Origin: Eledone cirrhosa
Lineage: Eukaryota
Direction of reading: 5' to 3'
Length of the DNA stretch: 64,000 nucleotides
NCBI GenBank assembly: GCA_964016885.1
Contig: OZ024753.1
Coordinates: 31,248,001-31,312,000 of the forward strand
In this document: positions 12,777-27,840 of the stretch, piece after piece
Layout: each line of letters opens with the position of its first letter
Position numbering within the stretch: position 1 is the stretch's first letter
Made by a program: the position numbers and the translations under genes
The notes under the pieces: generated by a model
The model's input: the letters and a program-made list of their open reading frames with translations, nothing else
Told to the model about the DNA's origin: nothing
Database searches by the model: none

Positions 12777-14850
12777 TAGGAGGTGAGTTTTATTGTAGTA
12801 CAATAAAGCAATGCAGATATCGGATAAGAAGCACTCTACAGTTTGTGGGACTGGAGTATGCATAATATAAGATCAAAAGATGGTTAAAGGAGTTCCATAT
12901 ATTTTGAAAGGAAGGAGATGAGAGGGAGAGATGGGTGATAGAGAGAAAGAGATAGTTTTTATAACTGAGAGGAGATATATTTTTTACATAGAGGGGTTGA
13001 AAACCGTTGGAAGATACTGTATAAATTAAAAATTTTGAAAATTAACGAAGGGAGGATATGTGCGAGGAAAAAATATTTTATTTAGGGAAGGGGGGTGGGG
13101 GTGGAAAGGATGAAAAAAAGGGGGGAGGAGATGAGAGTGAAGGTGGAGAGGGAGAGATGGGTGATAGAGAGAAAGAGATAGTTTTTATAACTGAGAAAAA
13201 GATATATTGTTTTAATATAGAGAGGTTGGGAACCGTTGGAAGATAATGTATAAATTAAAGGAATTTGAAAATTAACGAAGGGAAATTATGTATGAAGATA
13301 GAGAGAAAAAAATAATAATTGTGGGTGAATATTCTAACGTCAAAAGAAGAAATGTATGTATTGTGGCAATTTCAAAATTAGCGAAGAGAAAAATTGTTAA
13401 GGTTTGTGTGTAGAAGGATTTGAGAAAAATAATGTGAAGTTAAAGTTTGTATATTGAATTGATATGTATTAATAATGAGTTCGTTGATGGGGAGAAAAAA
13501 ATAATAATAAATTAAGGATGAAATTGAGATTAAAAAGATTTATGATAGAGAGAAAAAATAATAATGATTGCGGATGAATATTCAAAATGTCAAAAACAAA
13601 TGTTATTATTTTACGAGAAGATAGAATGAGGGTAATGAGTAAACGAGTATTATAGAGTGTATACTGCCCTTTAAAGTAAGGTAGATGGGTATATTTTAAA
13701 GAGGTGTATGTATATGTGCCTTTGAGAAAAGATTCTAAATTGATAAAGAATTGAATATTAACTGTATACTTTGTGAAAAGTTCTATGGAATTTATGCAGG
13801 CAGATAGAAAACAAATCTGAGCGTCTATTTATTATAGAATCTAGGTTAGAGATAATGGTAAATTTTTCATTTAGGCAGAGATTACAGATTTTAGATAGAG
13901 AGCTGTTCAAGTATGAGGATGCAGAAGAAATCTTTTTCCAAAAGATGTTATATTTAATGTTTTTGTCTTTTAAGGACCATATGAGTTCTGAGAGAGCAGT
14001 GTTAGTTCTTTTAAGTGTGTATTTGAAAGATGAATGATGATTATAGAGACGAACTTTAAAAGAGGTGGAAGTGGAGCCAAAATAGGTGAAGGAATAGGTG
14101 CTAGTTATAATTTTACATTCATAAATTAAGTTTTTATCGAGGCAATGGTTGTTGAGAGGACATTTATTTTTAATGCGGCAGTTGCAATTAGAGAGATTAT
14201 TAATGAGTGATCTAGTGTTATCTATAGAAGGAATTGGATTGGAGAAGTTGTTTGCGATAGGAATAATAGGAATAATAGTTTCTTGATTTAGAGTTGGATT
14301 ATGAACATTTAGCGAAGTTGTGTTTGACGTTGTATTTGGGTTTACAGAAGTTAGCCTAGGGTTTACAATGACGTCTCCTCCCACTCTCATCTCCTCCCCC
14401 CTTTTTTTCATCCTTTCCACCCCCCCTCCCTAAATAAAATATCTTTTCCTCGCACATATCCTCCCTTCGTTAATTTTCAAAATTTTTAATTTATACAGTA
14501 TCTTCCAACGGTTTTCAACCCCTCTATGTAAAAAATATATCTCCTCTCAGTTATAAAAACTATCTCTTTCTCTCTATCACCCATCTCTCCCTCTCATCTC
14601 CTTCCCTTTTCATCCTCCCCCCCCCCTCTCTAAATAAAATATTTTTCCCAATATCACACATCAATCTAAAACCACTTTTCATATGTTGATTTAAAACTGC
14701 ACTATCAACAAGTGTTTTTTAGCCTTCATATCATGTTCTCCTGTTTTATCTGATGAAAACACAAATATTATTGCTTGATGATGTTTGTTTTTCAAATGCG
14801 CATAATAAAATATATGGAACTCCTTTAACCATCTTTTGATCTTATATTAT
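12777..14850 (-). mobile_element. 5'-truncated Neptune-like PLE: GIY-YIG, 3' UTR and family A end with tail, plus an inverted copy of UTR+pLTR at ~14383-14850
   Basis: 14383-14605 is the reverse complement of ~12910-13140; family A termini at both ends; (TA)n flanks. Confidence 0.8.
13758..14375 (-). CDS. GIY-YIG endonuclease C-terminal fragment of a Neptune-like PLE
   Basis: CNCRIKNKCPLNNHCLDKNLIYEC..YFGST..FKVRLYNH..SF..CNLCLNE..INRRSDLFSICLH; the ORF-track N-terminus (14376-14420) comes from the inverted arm. Confidence 0.85.
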   Translation of the reverse strand, partial: DVIVNPRLTSVNPNTTSNTTSLNVHNPTLNQETIIPIIPIANNFSNPIPSIDNTRSLINNLSNCNCRIKNKCPLNNHCLDKNLIYECKIITSTYSFTYFGSTSTSFKVRLYNHHSSFKYTLKRTNTALSELIWSLKDKNIKYNIFWKKISSASSYLNSSLSKICNLCLNEKFTIISNLDSIINRRSDLFSICLHKFHRTFHKVYS

Positions 14851-14971
14851 ATATATATATTCATATATATATTCATATATATAGATATATAAATATTCAT
14901 ATATATGTTCATATATATATGTATTCATATATATGTTTATATATATATATATATATATATTCATATATATA

Positions 14972-15007
<36 letters not shown>

Positions 15008-15042
15008 TATATATATTCATATATGTTTATATATACATATTC

Positions 15043-18069
<3,027 letters not shown>

Positions 18070-18585
18070 AGGTCATGGCTGTGTAGGTAGTCAGTGTCGT
18101 AGGTAAGTCTAAGTAGGAGGCCCAGTTCATCTGTGTCGACGTCGCAGAACTCCACCTCACTCTCAATGATCATCTCCACACATTTTTCCACAGCAAAATC
18201 AATGTTAATGGAGGGGTACAGTGATATTACATCCATACTGCCTATTATGCAGCTGGATAGGTTCTTGTTTTTGTTGCACTCACTGATTCTGGTGAGGAGG
18301 TCCTCTGTACTGTCACATACATCTGGGGACATCTTGATTAGGGGCGTATAACCATTGAGAGGAATTATGAGATCCTGTAGTTGCTAGCTATATTTGCTCC
18401 GCATACAGGTCTTGTTGGTGGTCCTGTTGTCGGGTCGTCGACCGTCTTGTGGTCTTTGCGGAGCCCATACAAGGGTGGTATGCCATTGTTAGACGCCTGG
18501 AAGTTGTTGGCAGTGCGTCTGCTTGACTTTAGGATGTCGGTCCACATCATCATGTGAGCGTTGAGGATTTTCTCTCTCCCATCAT
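18070..18585 (-). pseudogene. internal RT fragment of the same PLE family as 38095-41890
   Basis: Peptides MMMWTDILK..PPLYGLRKDHK..GSMDVISLYPSI nearly identical to ~39288-39803. Confidence 0.93.
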
Positions 18586-18640
18586 GTATATATATATATG
18601 TGTATATATATATATATATGTGTATATATATGTATATATG

Positions 18641-18675
<35 letters not shown>

Positions 18676-18835
18676 TCTAAGGCGGGTAAAATTCCCGAGA
18701 TCCATGGACGAGTTCTCTCCAGCGGTCTCTGTCCCTCATTATCGCTGCCATGTCCTGCGTCTCCAATAGACCAGTGTCTGTCCTTAGGGCATCAACATAC
18801 GTTAACCTTGGTCTTCCTCTTCTAGTGTGTCCAAG
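18676..18835 (-). pseudogene. RTE-like LINE ORF 3' end
   Basis: Manual translation TRRGRPRLTYVDALRTDTGLLETQDMAAIMRDRDRWRELVHGSREFYPP* fits the RxRGRP..D......M.DR..WR C-terminal pattern. Confidence 0.7.
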
Positions 18836-19184
18836 TATTTATTTTATTTTATATTTCCACTGTAACTTCATGCAATAAGGAAATGTCAAATTATCTCGGA
18901 GTAGTGTACTAGCATAGATATATGTATATATGAATAATCCTTGCTGAGGAATCTTCGTTGTCAACAATATAGTTTATAGTGATAGAGATAAATATAGATA
19001 TTATGCAGGGTTATAACAAAACTGGCGTCGCATCTCGAAGAGAATAAAGATAAGGTGATAGATTATTTCTTAGCTAAGCTGAATGAATAAAATAAGATAA
19101 GGGTATAAAAGGAAAAATATACAACATTTTTTTTTCTAAATTGACATTAACAGATACATATCATATAGACAAAGAGGAGCTCAC

Positions 19185-19645
19185 GATTGAGAAAGTGTGT
19201 TAGAGAGGAGGTATAGAGAGAGAGAGAAGAGGATGTGCAAAGTGAGTGAGTGAGTGAGAGATATATGGTGAGAAAGAGAGAGAGAGAGATATAGTGAGAG
19301 AGAGAAGAGGAGGTGAAAAGTGTGTGGCAAGGAGAGCAAAAGGTACAAAGAGAGAGAGAGAGAAAGAAAGAAAAGGTGGAAAGAGAGAGATAGATAGAAG
19401 AGAAGGTGCAAAGCGAGAGATTGAGAGATACAGCGAGAAAGAGAGAGAAGAGAGATAAAGAGAGAGAGAGAAGGGAGCGAGAGAAAGATAGAGAGATGAG
19501 AAAAAGGTGCAAAGAGAGAGAGAGAGAGAGTGTGAGAAGAGAAATGAAGAGAGAGACAGAGGGAGAGAGAGAAAGATAGAGCCAGAGGAGTAGGAGAGGA
19601 GGTACAAAGCGAGAGAGAATGAGTTAGATGACTAGAGAGTTAGAG
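19185..19645. repeat. degenerate (GA)n purine tract with recurring GGT(G/A)CAAAG
   Basis: Direct reading. Confidence 0.85.
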
Positions 19646-20170
19646 GGATATATAGTTTGTTGGATATACAAATATAACGTGTAGCAGAAATACTTTTCGA
19701 CGATCATTGAGAAATTTAAAGAACTGAATATGAAAACGAAAATATTTATTGATGTGCTGAACTCATTCATATAAAGGGAAATGTTTCTTATTTATATGAA
19801 TATATGTGTATACGTGTGTGCGTAGAAACTTTATTGAAAGCGGAATGATATTTCGGAATGGCATATATATCAGAAATTCATGTTTCCCACCATCATATCT
19901 ATATAACATTCGCAGCCAGTGGAAACAAACCAAATATTTATGTCTGGAAACGTGGCGAACATTAAAGGTGACGCTCAAGCGTTGCCAATCCGGTGATGAC
20001 TAATATAAATATGAAACATGTATGGTCAGCTAAGTAATCCATCTAGAAGGCTTGACTTCCTAGTGCATTCATTACGACACAGTCATGATACACAGCGCAT
20101 CTGGAGCATTTTATACCGGGAGGAGCACATTCCTTTACAGCTTGAGAAGAGCTGATTAATTCCAGAGAAA

Positions 20171-20539
<369 letters not shown>

Positions 20540-20971
20540 AGGAACGTGAACAATTAGCCCCAGTGTAAGAATGATAACGTCTTGAAACGACGATGCTGAT
20601 ACGAGTAACACGAATCGTTCTATTCAAAGTTCTCAATGTCTCTATTTCCTGAGCAAGAAAATAGAAATGATAATTTATGAACAATGGAAGAGATCCCTTG
20701 AAATTTAAATTAACCAAAGATATGATGTAATTGGAAGGGGTGAATCCGGTCTTTGCGAGTAACTCTGCAAATTTCTGTATCTCATTAAGACGTTGAATGG
20801 GCAAATAATTTGCAGCATTTAGTTACGAAAATATGAAAAAATTGTAACATACGTCCGGTACTGCTACGATAAACGGAAAAACGTTGGAATCTCTGTGTGA
20901 CTTCAGTTCTGAAGAACCATATTTTGAAGGCGATAACTTAATTTCATGTACATCTAATACTCTTTACATTT

Positions 20972-21512
20972 TTAATCTTTTACCTGTTCCAGCCACCCGG
21001 CTGAGGCCATGCTGAGGCACCGCCCTTGTTGCTACACATTTTATCTCCAGGCTGTATTGGTTGACCACTGGTGTAAGAGGGAGTTTGTTGCTGCCTTTAG
21101 GTTTCCCTCGTGCCTTGCTGTGGGCTCATCCGGAATCCTGGATAGCAAGGTGTCTTGAAGACATCCATAACCTCCACACCATGCAAATCTCTCAGATCCC
21201 TCGGCAGCTTGTTGAAAAGTTGGGGGCCCTTGAATCCCAGGCTATTGCAATACCTGCTCCTTATTCTAGATGTGGAAGACGGGTCCTTTGGCACCACACA
21301 GTGACGTCCTGTTCGAAGGTTGGTCCAGCTCTCAATGCCAAAGTTTGGTACTAGTCCCGCCAGGATTTTCCACATGTAGATCACTGCATATCTCTCCCAT
21401 CTTCGTTCCAAGGAGTAGAGGTTCAGTTCATTTAGCCTCTCCCAGCAGCTTATCTCCTTCATCGTGGCAATCCTCTTGGTGTAGCTTCGCTGGATTGCCT
21501 CAAGCTCCGTGG
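20972..21512 (-). pseudogene. CR1-group LINE 3' fragment including 3' UTR/tail
   Basis: LEAIQRSYTKRI..WERLNELNLYSLERRWERYAVIYMWKIL..VPNFG..GPQLFN, homologous to the C-terminus of the 45045-46661 ORF; ends GGCGGTGCCTCAGCATGGCCTCAG..GAACAGGTAAAAGATTAAAA. Confidence 0.85.
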
Positions 21513-21542
21513 TTAAATAAAATATCAGTACCCTTACTTTTG

Positions 21543-21592
<50 letters not shown>

Positions 21593-21634
21593 CGAAATAA
21601 CAGAAAACAAAACAAACAAATGCAGGAGTGAATG

Positions 21635-21822
21635 TGGTGAATTGGCAGTATCGGTAGAGGGTCAGACGCCATGCTTTCTAGCATAGTTATATCCCTTTAT
21701 GATCTGAGTTCAAATTCCGCCGAGGTTAACTTTGCCTGTCATCCTTACAGGGTCGATAAAATAAAGTACCAGTAATGTACTGGGTAATTGCTGGCCTTGT
21801 GCCAAAAACTAAAAACAATTAT
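21635..21822 (+). mobile_element. tRNA-derived SINE, near full-length (resembles the octopus OK/OR SINE type as I recall it)
   Basis: TGGCAGTATCGGTAG A-box, GAGTTCAAATTCC B-box, GGGTCGATAAAATAAAGTACCAG, AT-rich end; many copies in the window. Confidence 0.85.
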
Positions 21823-21879
21823 AAGCTTCACGCAATATATGCAAGTATATATATATATATATTTCTATCTATCTAATCT

Positions 21880-21933
21880 ATCTATCTCTCTCTATATATA
21901 TATATGCATGTATATATATATATATATATGTAG

Positions 21934-21987
<54 letters not shown>

Positions 21988-23001
21988 ATATATATGTGTA
22001 TATATATATATGTGTGTGTGTATATATATGTGTATATATATATATATGTGTGTGTGTATATATATGTGTATATATATATATGTGTGTGTGTATATATATG
22101 TGTATATATATATATGTGTGTGTGTGTGTGTATATATATGTGTATATATATATATGTGTGTATGTGAGTGTGTATATATGTGTGTGTATGTATATGTTTG
22201 TGTGTATGTATATATGTGTATATATATATCTATGTGTGTGTGTGTGTGTATATATATGTGTATGTATATGTATGTGTATGTATATCTATGTATATATATG
22301 TGTATGTATATGTATGTGTATGTATGTCTATGTATATATATTTATATATATATATGTGCATATGTGTATATATATGTGCATATATGTATATATATATATG
22401 TACGCATATATATACGTATATATATGTTTATGTGTACGCATAAACATATATGTATGATATATATATATGTATGTTTATGTATATACACACATATATATGT
22501 GTGTTTGTGTGTGTGTGTGTGTGTGTGTCATCGTAGAGGAATCTATAAATAAGATCCATGGACAACTGATATCGTGAGTGACTTTTGTTTTCTTGTATAC
22601 TATAAATATGTCACGAATAATATTACATATTTTTCTCTGCAAAGCAAAACTGAATGTATATGTAAATGCAAACAAAACTCTGCATATTCAATGCAAAAAC
22701 AAATTTATTGAAGAAATTATTCACATTCTTCGTATATTTAAAGCCTTTTTCGATTAGAATAATCCGGTTTGAATGTTTAAATTACAACTTCTCATAAACT
22801 TTATCAATATGGGGAAAAGTGAATTAATGTGTAACATAAAATTCATTGTTAAAGTGTATTAAATATTTAAGTATATACATATATATATATATGTTTGCAT
22901 ATATATATATATGTATGTATGTATATATATATGTATATATATGTATGCGTATATAAATATATATATGTTTATATATATGTATGCATATATATATATATGT
23001 A

Positions 23002-23065
<64 letters not shown>

Positions 23066-23492
23066 CATATGAACATATATATATGTATGCATATAAATAT
23101 GCATATATATAGATGTATGTATGCATATATATATGTATGTATGCATATATATATGTATGTATGCATGCATATATATATATATATATCGATATATATATAT
23201 ATGTATGCATATATATATATGTATGCATGCATATATATATGTATGCATGCATATATATATATATGTATGCATGCATATATATATATGTATGTATGCATAT
23301 ATATATATATGTAAGCATGTATATATATATATGTATATGTATTCGTTTAAGTATATATGTATGCATATATTTATATATGTATATATATATATATATATGT
23401 ATTCATTTAAATATATATGTAAGCATATATATATATATATGTATGCATATATATATATATATGTATATGTATTCATTTAAATATATATGTAA

Positions 23493-23540
<48 letters not shown>

Positions 23541-23632
23541 GTATGCATATATATATGTATATGTATGGATATATATATGTATATGTATTCATTTATATAT
23601 ATATATGTAAGCATATATATATATATATGTAA

Positions 23633-23682
<50 letters not shown>

Positions 23683-24687
23683 GTATTCATTTATATATAT
23701 ATGTAAGCATATATATATATATATATATATATAGGTACGTTATTCCGGGTTGAGTCGGAGGTAACCACAGTAAGTAAGGTACTCAATACATTGCAGAGTA
23801 TAAAAGTTTTAATATAGATGAGATTCTACAGGACTAGAACTGTTTCATTCTTTAGAAATCATCAGGAATCCTGATGATTTCTAAAGAATGAAACAGTTCT
23901 AGTCCTGTAGAATCTCATCTATATATATATACATATATATATATATATGTATGCATACATATATATGTATGCATACATATATATGTATATGTATTCATTT
24001 ATATATATATGTATGCATACATATATATGTATATGTATTCATTTATATATATATGTATGCATATATATATGTATATGTATTCATTTATATATATATGTAA
24101 GCATATATATATATGTGTATGCATATATATATATGTATATGTATTCATTTATATATATATGTATGCATTTATATATATATGTATATATATATATATAAAT
24201 GTGTGTATATATGTATGCATTTACATATATATATATATGCATTTACATATATATGTAATCATTTATATATATATATATATGTAATCATTTATATATATAT
24301 ATATATGTATGCATTTATATATATATGTATGCATTTATATATATATGTATGCATTTATATATATATGTATGCATTTATATATATATGTATGCATTCATAT
24401 ATATATTTATGCATTTATATATATATATGTATGCATTTATATATATATATGTATGCATTTATATATATATGTATGCATTTATATATATATGTATGCATTC
24501 ATATATATATTTATGCATTTATATATATATATGTATGCATTTATATATATATATGTATGCATTTATATATATATGTATGCATTTATATATATATGTATGC
24601 ATTCATATATATATTTATGCATTTATATATATATATGTATGCATTTATATATATATATGTAGGCATTTATATATATATGTATGCATT

Positions 24688-24777
<90 letters not shown>

Positions 24778-24791
24778 TGTATGTATGTATG

Positions 24792-24820
<29 letters not shown>
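21880..24820. repeat. compound (TA)n/(TG)n/(TATG)n/TATGCA microsatellite arrays with unique spacers
   Basis: Direct reading. Confidence 0.9.
23734..23924. mobile_element. Family E unit: perfect palindrome 23812-23924 carrying a hammerhead-like core on each strand, plus tail 23734-23811
   Basis: CTGATGA T TTC-TAAA-GAA T GAAA CAGT TC at 23871-23899 and its mirror; axis AGGA-A-TCCT at 23868. Confidence 0.7.
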
Positions 24821-24824
<4 letters not shown>

Positions 24825-25462
24825 TCCGCTTGTGGATTAGGTTCGTGTATATATTTATTAGATTAAAACATTCCTCGATTTGAATTATTGTAATATGTAT
24901 GTAATATGCTGCAAAAAAGTGAGAATATTTAGGAAGAGGAATCAACTATTGGAGTATCTATTCATTCCTGGTTTTTATATAAGACACGAAATTTATGAAA
25001 GTACATCAATAAATGGGAGCTCATTTATCTGGGGACTCGAATTCCTAGAAAAAAAAAAAAAGATGCAAATCTTCTCCAATTCGCTTTAAACACTGAACGA
25101 TTGGAATATTGCTTGCAGAAAAAATTAGATTTTAACAACTAATTGCCTGCTTGTTCAAAGCCGACCATGGGCTAAAGAACAACACAAGCAATAATAGCAA
25201 TATAACTAAACAAACTAAGGTCGGAGTCCACACGTGCCTTGCAAGAAACAGCAGTGTCATATTACAAATGGGCGGTAGTAGATAATCTTGCAAGAAACAG
25301 CCCTATCATATTACAAATGGGCGGTAGTAGATAATCTTGTTCAGAAATGCTTAAAGAAACAAATGTGATAATTAATGTTGAAATTCCTTTGATCATCGGC
25401 ATGTTCTGTCAGAACTGACCTGCGGATAAATGACATCTTCACCACCACCACCATTGTTTTCA

Positions 25463-25650
25463 ATAATAATTGTTTCTACTTTTGGCACAAGGCCAGCAAT
25501 TATCCCATTGTATTAAAGGTGCTTTATTTTATCGACCCCGTAAGGATGAAAACAAAGTTAACCTCGGCGGGATTTGAACTCAGACCATAAGGGCCGTAAC
25601 TCTTTGCTGCAAAGCATGCCGTCAGACCCTCTACCGATACTGCCAATGTT
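25463..25650 (-). mobile_element. tRNA-derived SINE; an older copy follows at ~25750-25910
   Basis: Reverse complement of 21635-21822. Confidence 0.85.
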
Positions 25651-26944
25651 TACAATAATAATACAAAGTTTCTAAAGTTGCCCATCCGCAAGAATGCTCC
25701 TCACGGAATGGAATGTATTGAATTTAATGCAATCAAAAGTCCAGTAACTTTAGGGAAAGGCAAAGGTGATTAAACCTATCTCATTATTTGACAGGTAATT
25801 TATTTTATCGTACCCGGAAGGATGAAAGCTGAGGTCTTGAACACAGAATATAAACAACCAGAACATATACCACAATGGCATTTTATCCGACGCTCTATCA
25901 ATTCTGCCAATAAATCACTCACATAAAACAGATTACATTAGTTAAAGCAGGAATTATATAAAATATAAATAAATGCTTCTGTTTGATGACCATGTGATAA
26001 ACAGGCGAAAATCCAGTGTAGCAAGACTTACTATTTAGTCTATATAAAATTGAGTATTAAAACTCTACTTCAAAAAAAAAAAAAAGATATATAAGAAAAC
26101 ACTTTCTAAAAAGACATATATTATCATACAGTTTTCAGCAGAGAATTCTGTGATTAAATTTTACACACAAGGCGTTGATCACTACGAGGATATATCAGTA
26201 AAAAGATCTATACAGAAAGATCTAACCAGATATCATGTAGTTGAGAGAACTTGTTAAAAACGTAGGTATGCCTGAGTCATTTACTATTGCTTAGAGATGC
26301 ATTTATAAGCGTGGTTGTGGTTTTTCTTGTTGCTGTTGTTATTGTGGCGGTGGTGCTTTTTAGTTTTGCTACTGTTGTTGTGATCTTTGTTACTGTTGAT
26401 TTTGCTGTTATTTCAAGTGCTGCTGTTTATTACAGTTGTTGCTGTTGTTGTGCTCTGATGGTGGTGGTGGTGGTGGTGAGGGAGATTGTTGTTAGCGCTG
26501 CTGTTGTTTTACTATACATTAATATTGATTATATGTTATTAACTGTCTGAAGACTGTGACATTCGTGTTAACAACTTGCTGACCAATATAATTTGAGAGA
26601 CTTTCCATCTTAAACACTATATGTTTACATATAATTTTTATTCCTTTATCCATTCGTATGTGCACAATTTTATGGTATTTTGTTGATTATTTCGATCGAT
26701 TAACCAGGTTATAATATCCAATATTGAATATCCCAAATGGATTTTGATAAATCTAATAACAGAATTTCTTCATAGCGTCTGGGTCCGCTAAAAATAGAAT
26801 ATTGCAGCAGTTTAAAAAAATAGAACTACATGTTTAATGAGACACACACACTCGTGCCAATCATTAATCATTATATACAGTAATTTTATAGAAAAAAGAG
26901 GAAATAACAAACCCACAATAACAAACCCTGCTTGTATATATTTT

Positions 26945-27195
26945 CGTACGTATGTATGTATTCATGTATGTATTTACGTACCTATGTATGTACTCAAGTA
27001 TGTATGTATGTATGTATGTATGTATTCATGTATGTATGTATTTACGTACCTATGTATGTACTCAAGTATGTATGTATGTATGTATGTATGTATGTATTCA
27101 TGTATGTATGTATTTACGTACCTATGTATGTACTCATGTATGTATTCATGTATTTACATACCTACGTACGTATGTATGTATTCATGTATGTATGA
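26945..27195. repeat. (TATG)n-derived minisatellite
   Basis: Recurrent TATTCATGTATGTATTTACGTACCTATGTATGTACTCA. Confidence 0.85.
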
Positions 27196-27290
27196 AGGTA
27201 AGTAAGTAGGTATTATATATGTGAAAACTGTCTTTATATATGTGTGCGTGTGCGTTTATACAAGCCTCTATCTGTCTCTCTATCTATCTA

Positions 27291-27780
27291 TGTAATAGCC
27301 ATGGCGAAAGAGGTTGTATGGTGGACGCGTCTGAAAGGACTGAGGTCAGCCACCTTTCTCTCTGGCCAACAACTGGTCCGTTTCTTCCGATATCATTTCG
27401 GAAGAAGGATCAGGATGGAGAGAGAGGTGCTGCACCCCAGCCGTTTCTATGAAAGATGGGTGAAAGTGGCGAGAATGGCCCGTGTGAATGGGCCTTCACT
27501 CTACATCAGACTATAGGTGAGGAAGATGAAAGACCAAGGGAGCACCCCTTCTCTGTGCTCCTGAGGAGAAGGGTTGCACACTTTTTTCGGGGGTGTGTGC
27601 GACCCCCCAAGGCGCCTCCTCTCTATTGAGGATTTTGTTATAAATTTTATTTTTTGTTATATCTTATTTTATTTTTATATTTTGTTATTGCCTCCTCCTT
27701 ATTGAGGACGCCTTTTTGTGTAAACTCCCCCCTTTGTACTTGTCCCACTTTTGATGCCCTAGTGGCAAATAAAAGAAACA
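27291..27780 (+). mobile_element. 5'-truncated Tx1/L1 LINE copy (ORF end + 3' UTR) in (TATC)n
   Basis: Nearly identical to 30436-30926; AATAAA then (TATC)n. Confidence 0.92.
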
Positions 27781-27830
<50 letters not shown>

Positions 27831-27840
27831 CCTATCCCTC

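Noticed and set aside
18944-19080. CTGAGGA as a hammerhead core
   Set aside because: Could not find a properly placed GAAA, stem III and stem I
19147-19607. Ser/Leu-rich ORFs
   Set aside because: Reverse translation of a (GA)n tract
26287-26550. Hydrophobic 87-aa membrane-like ORF
   Set aside because: Degenerate (GTT/GCT/GGT)n trinucleotide repeat
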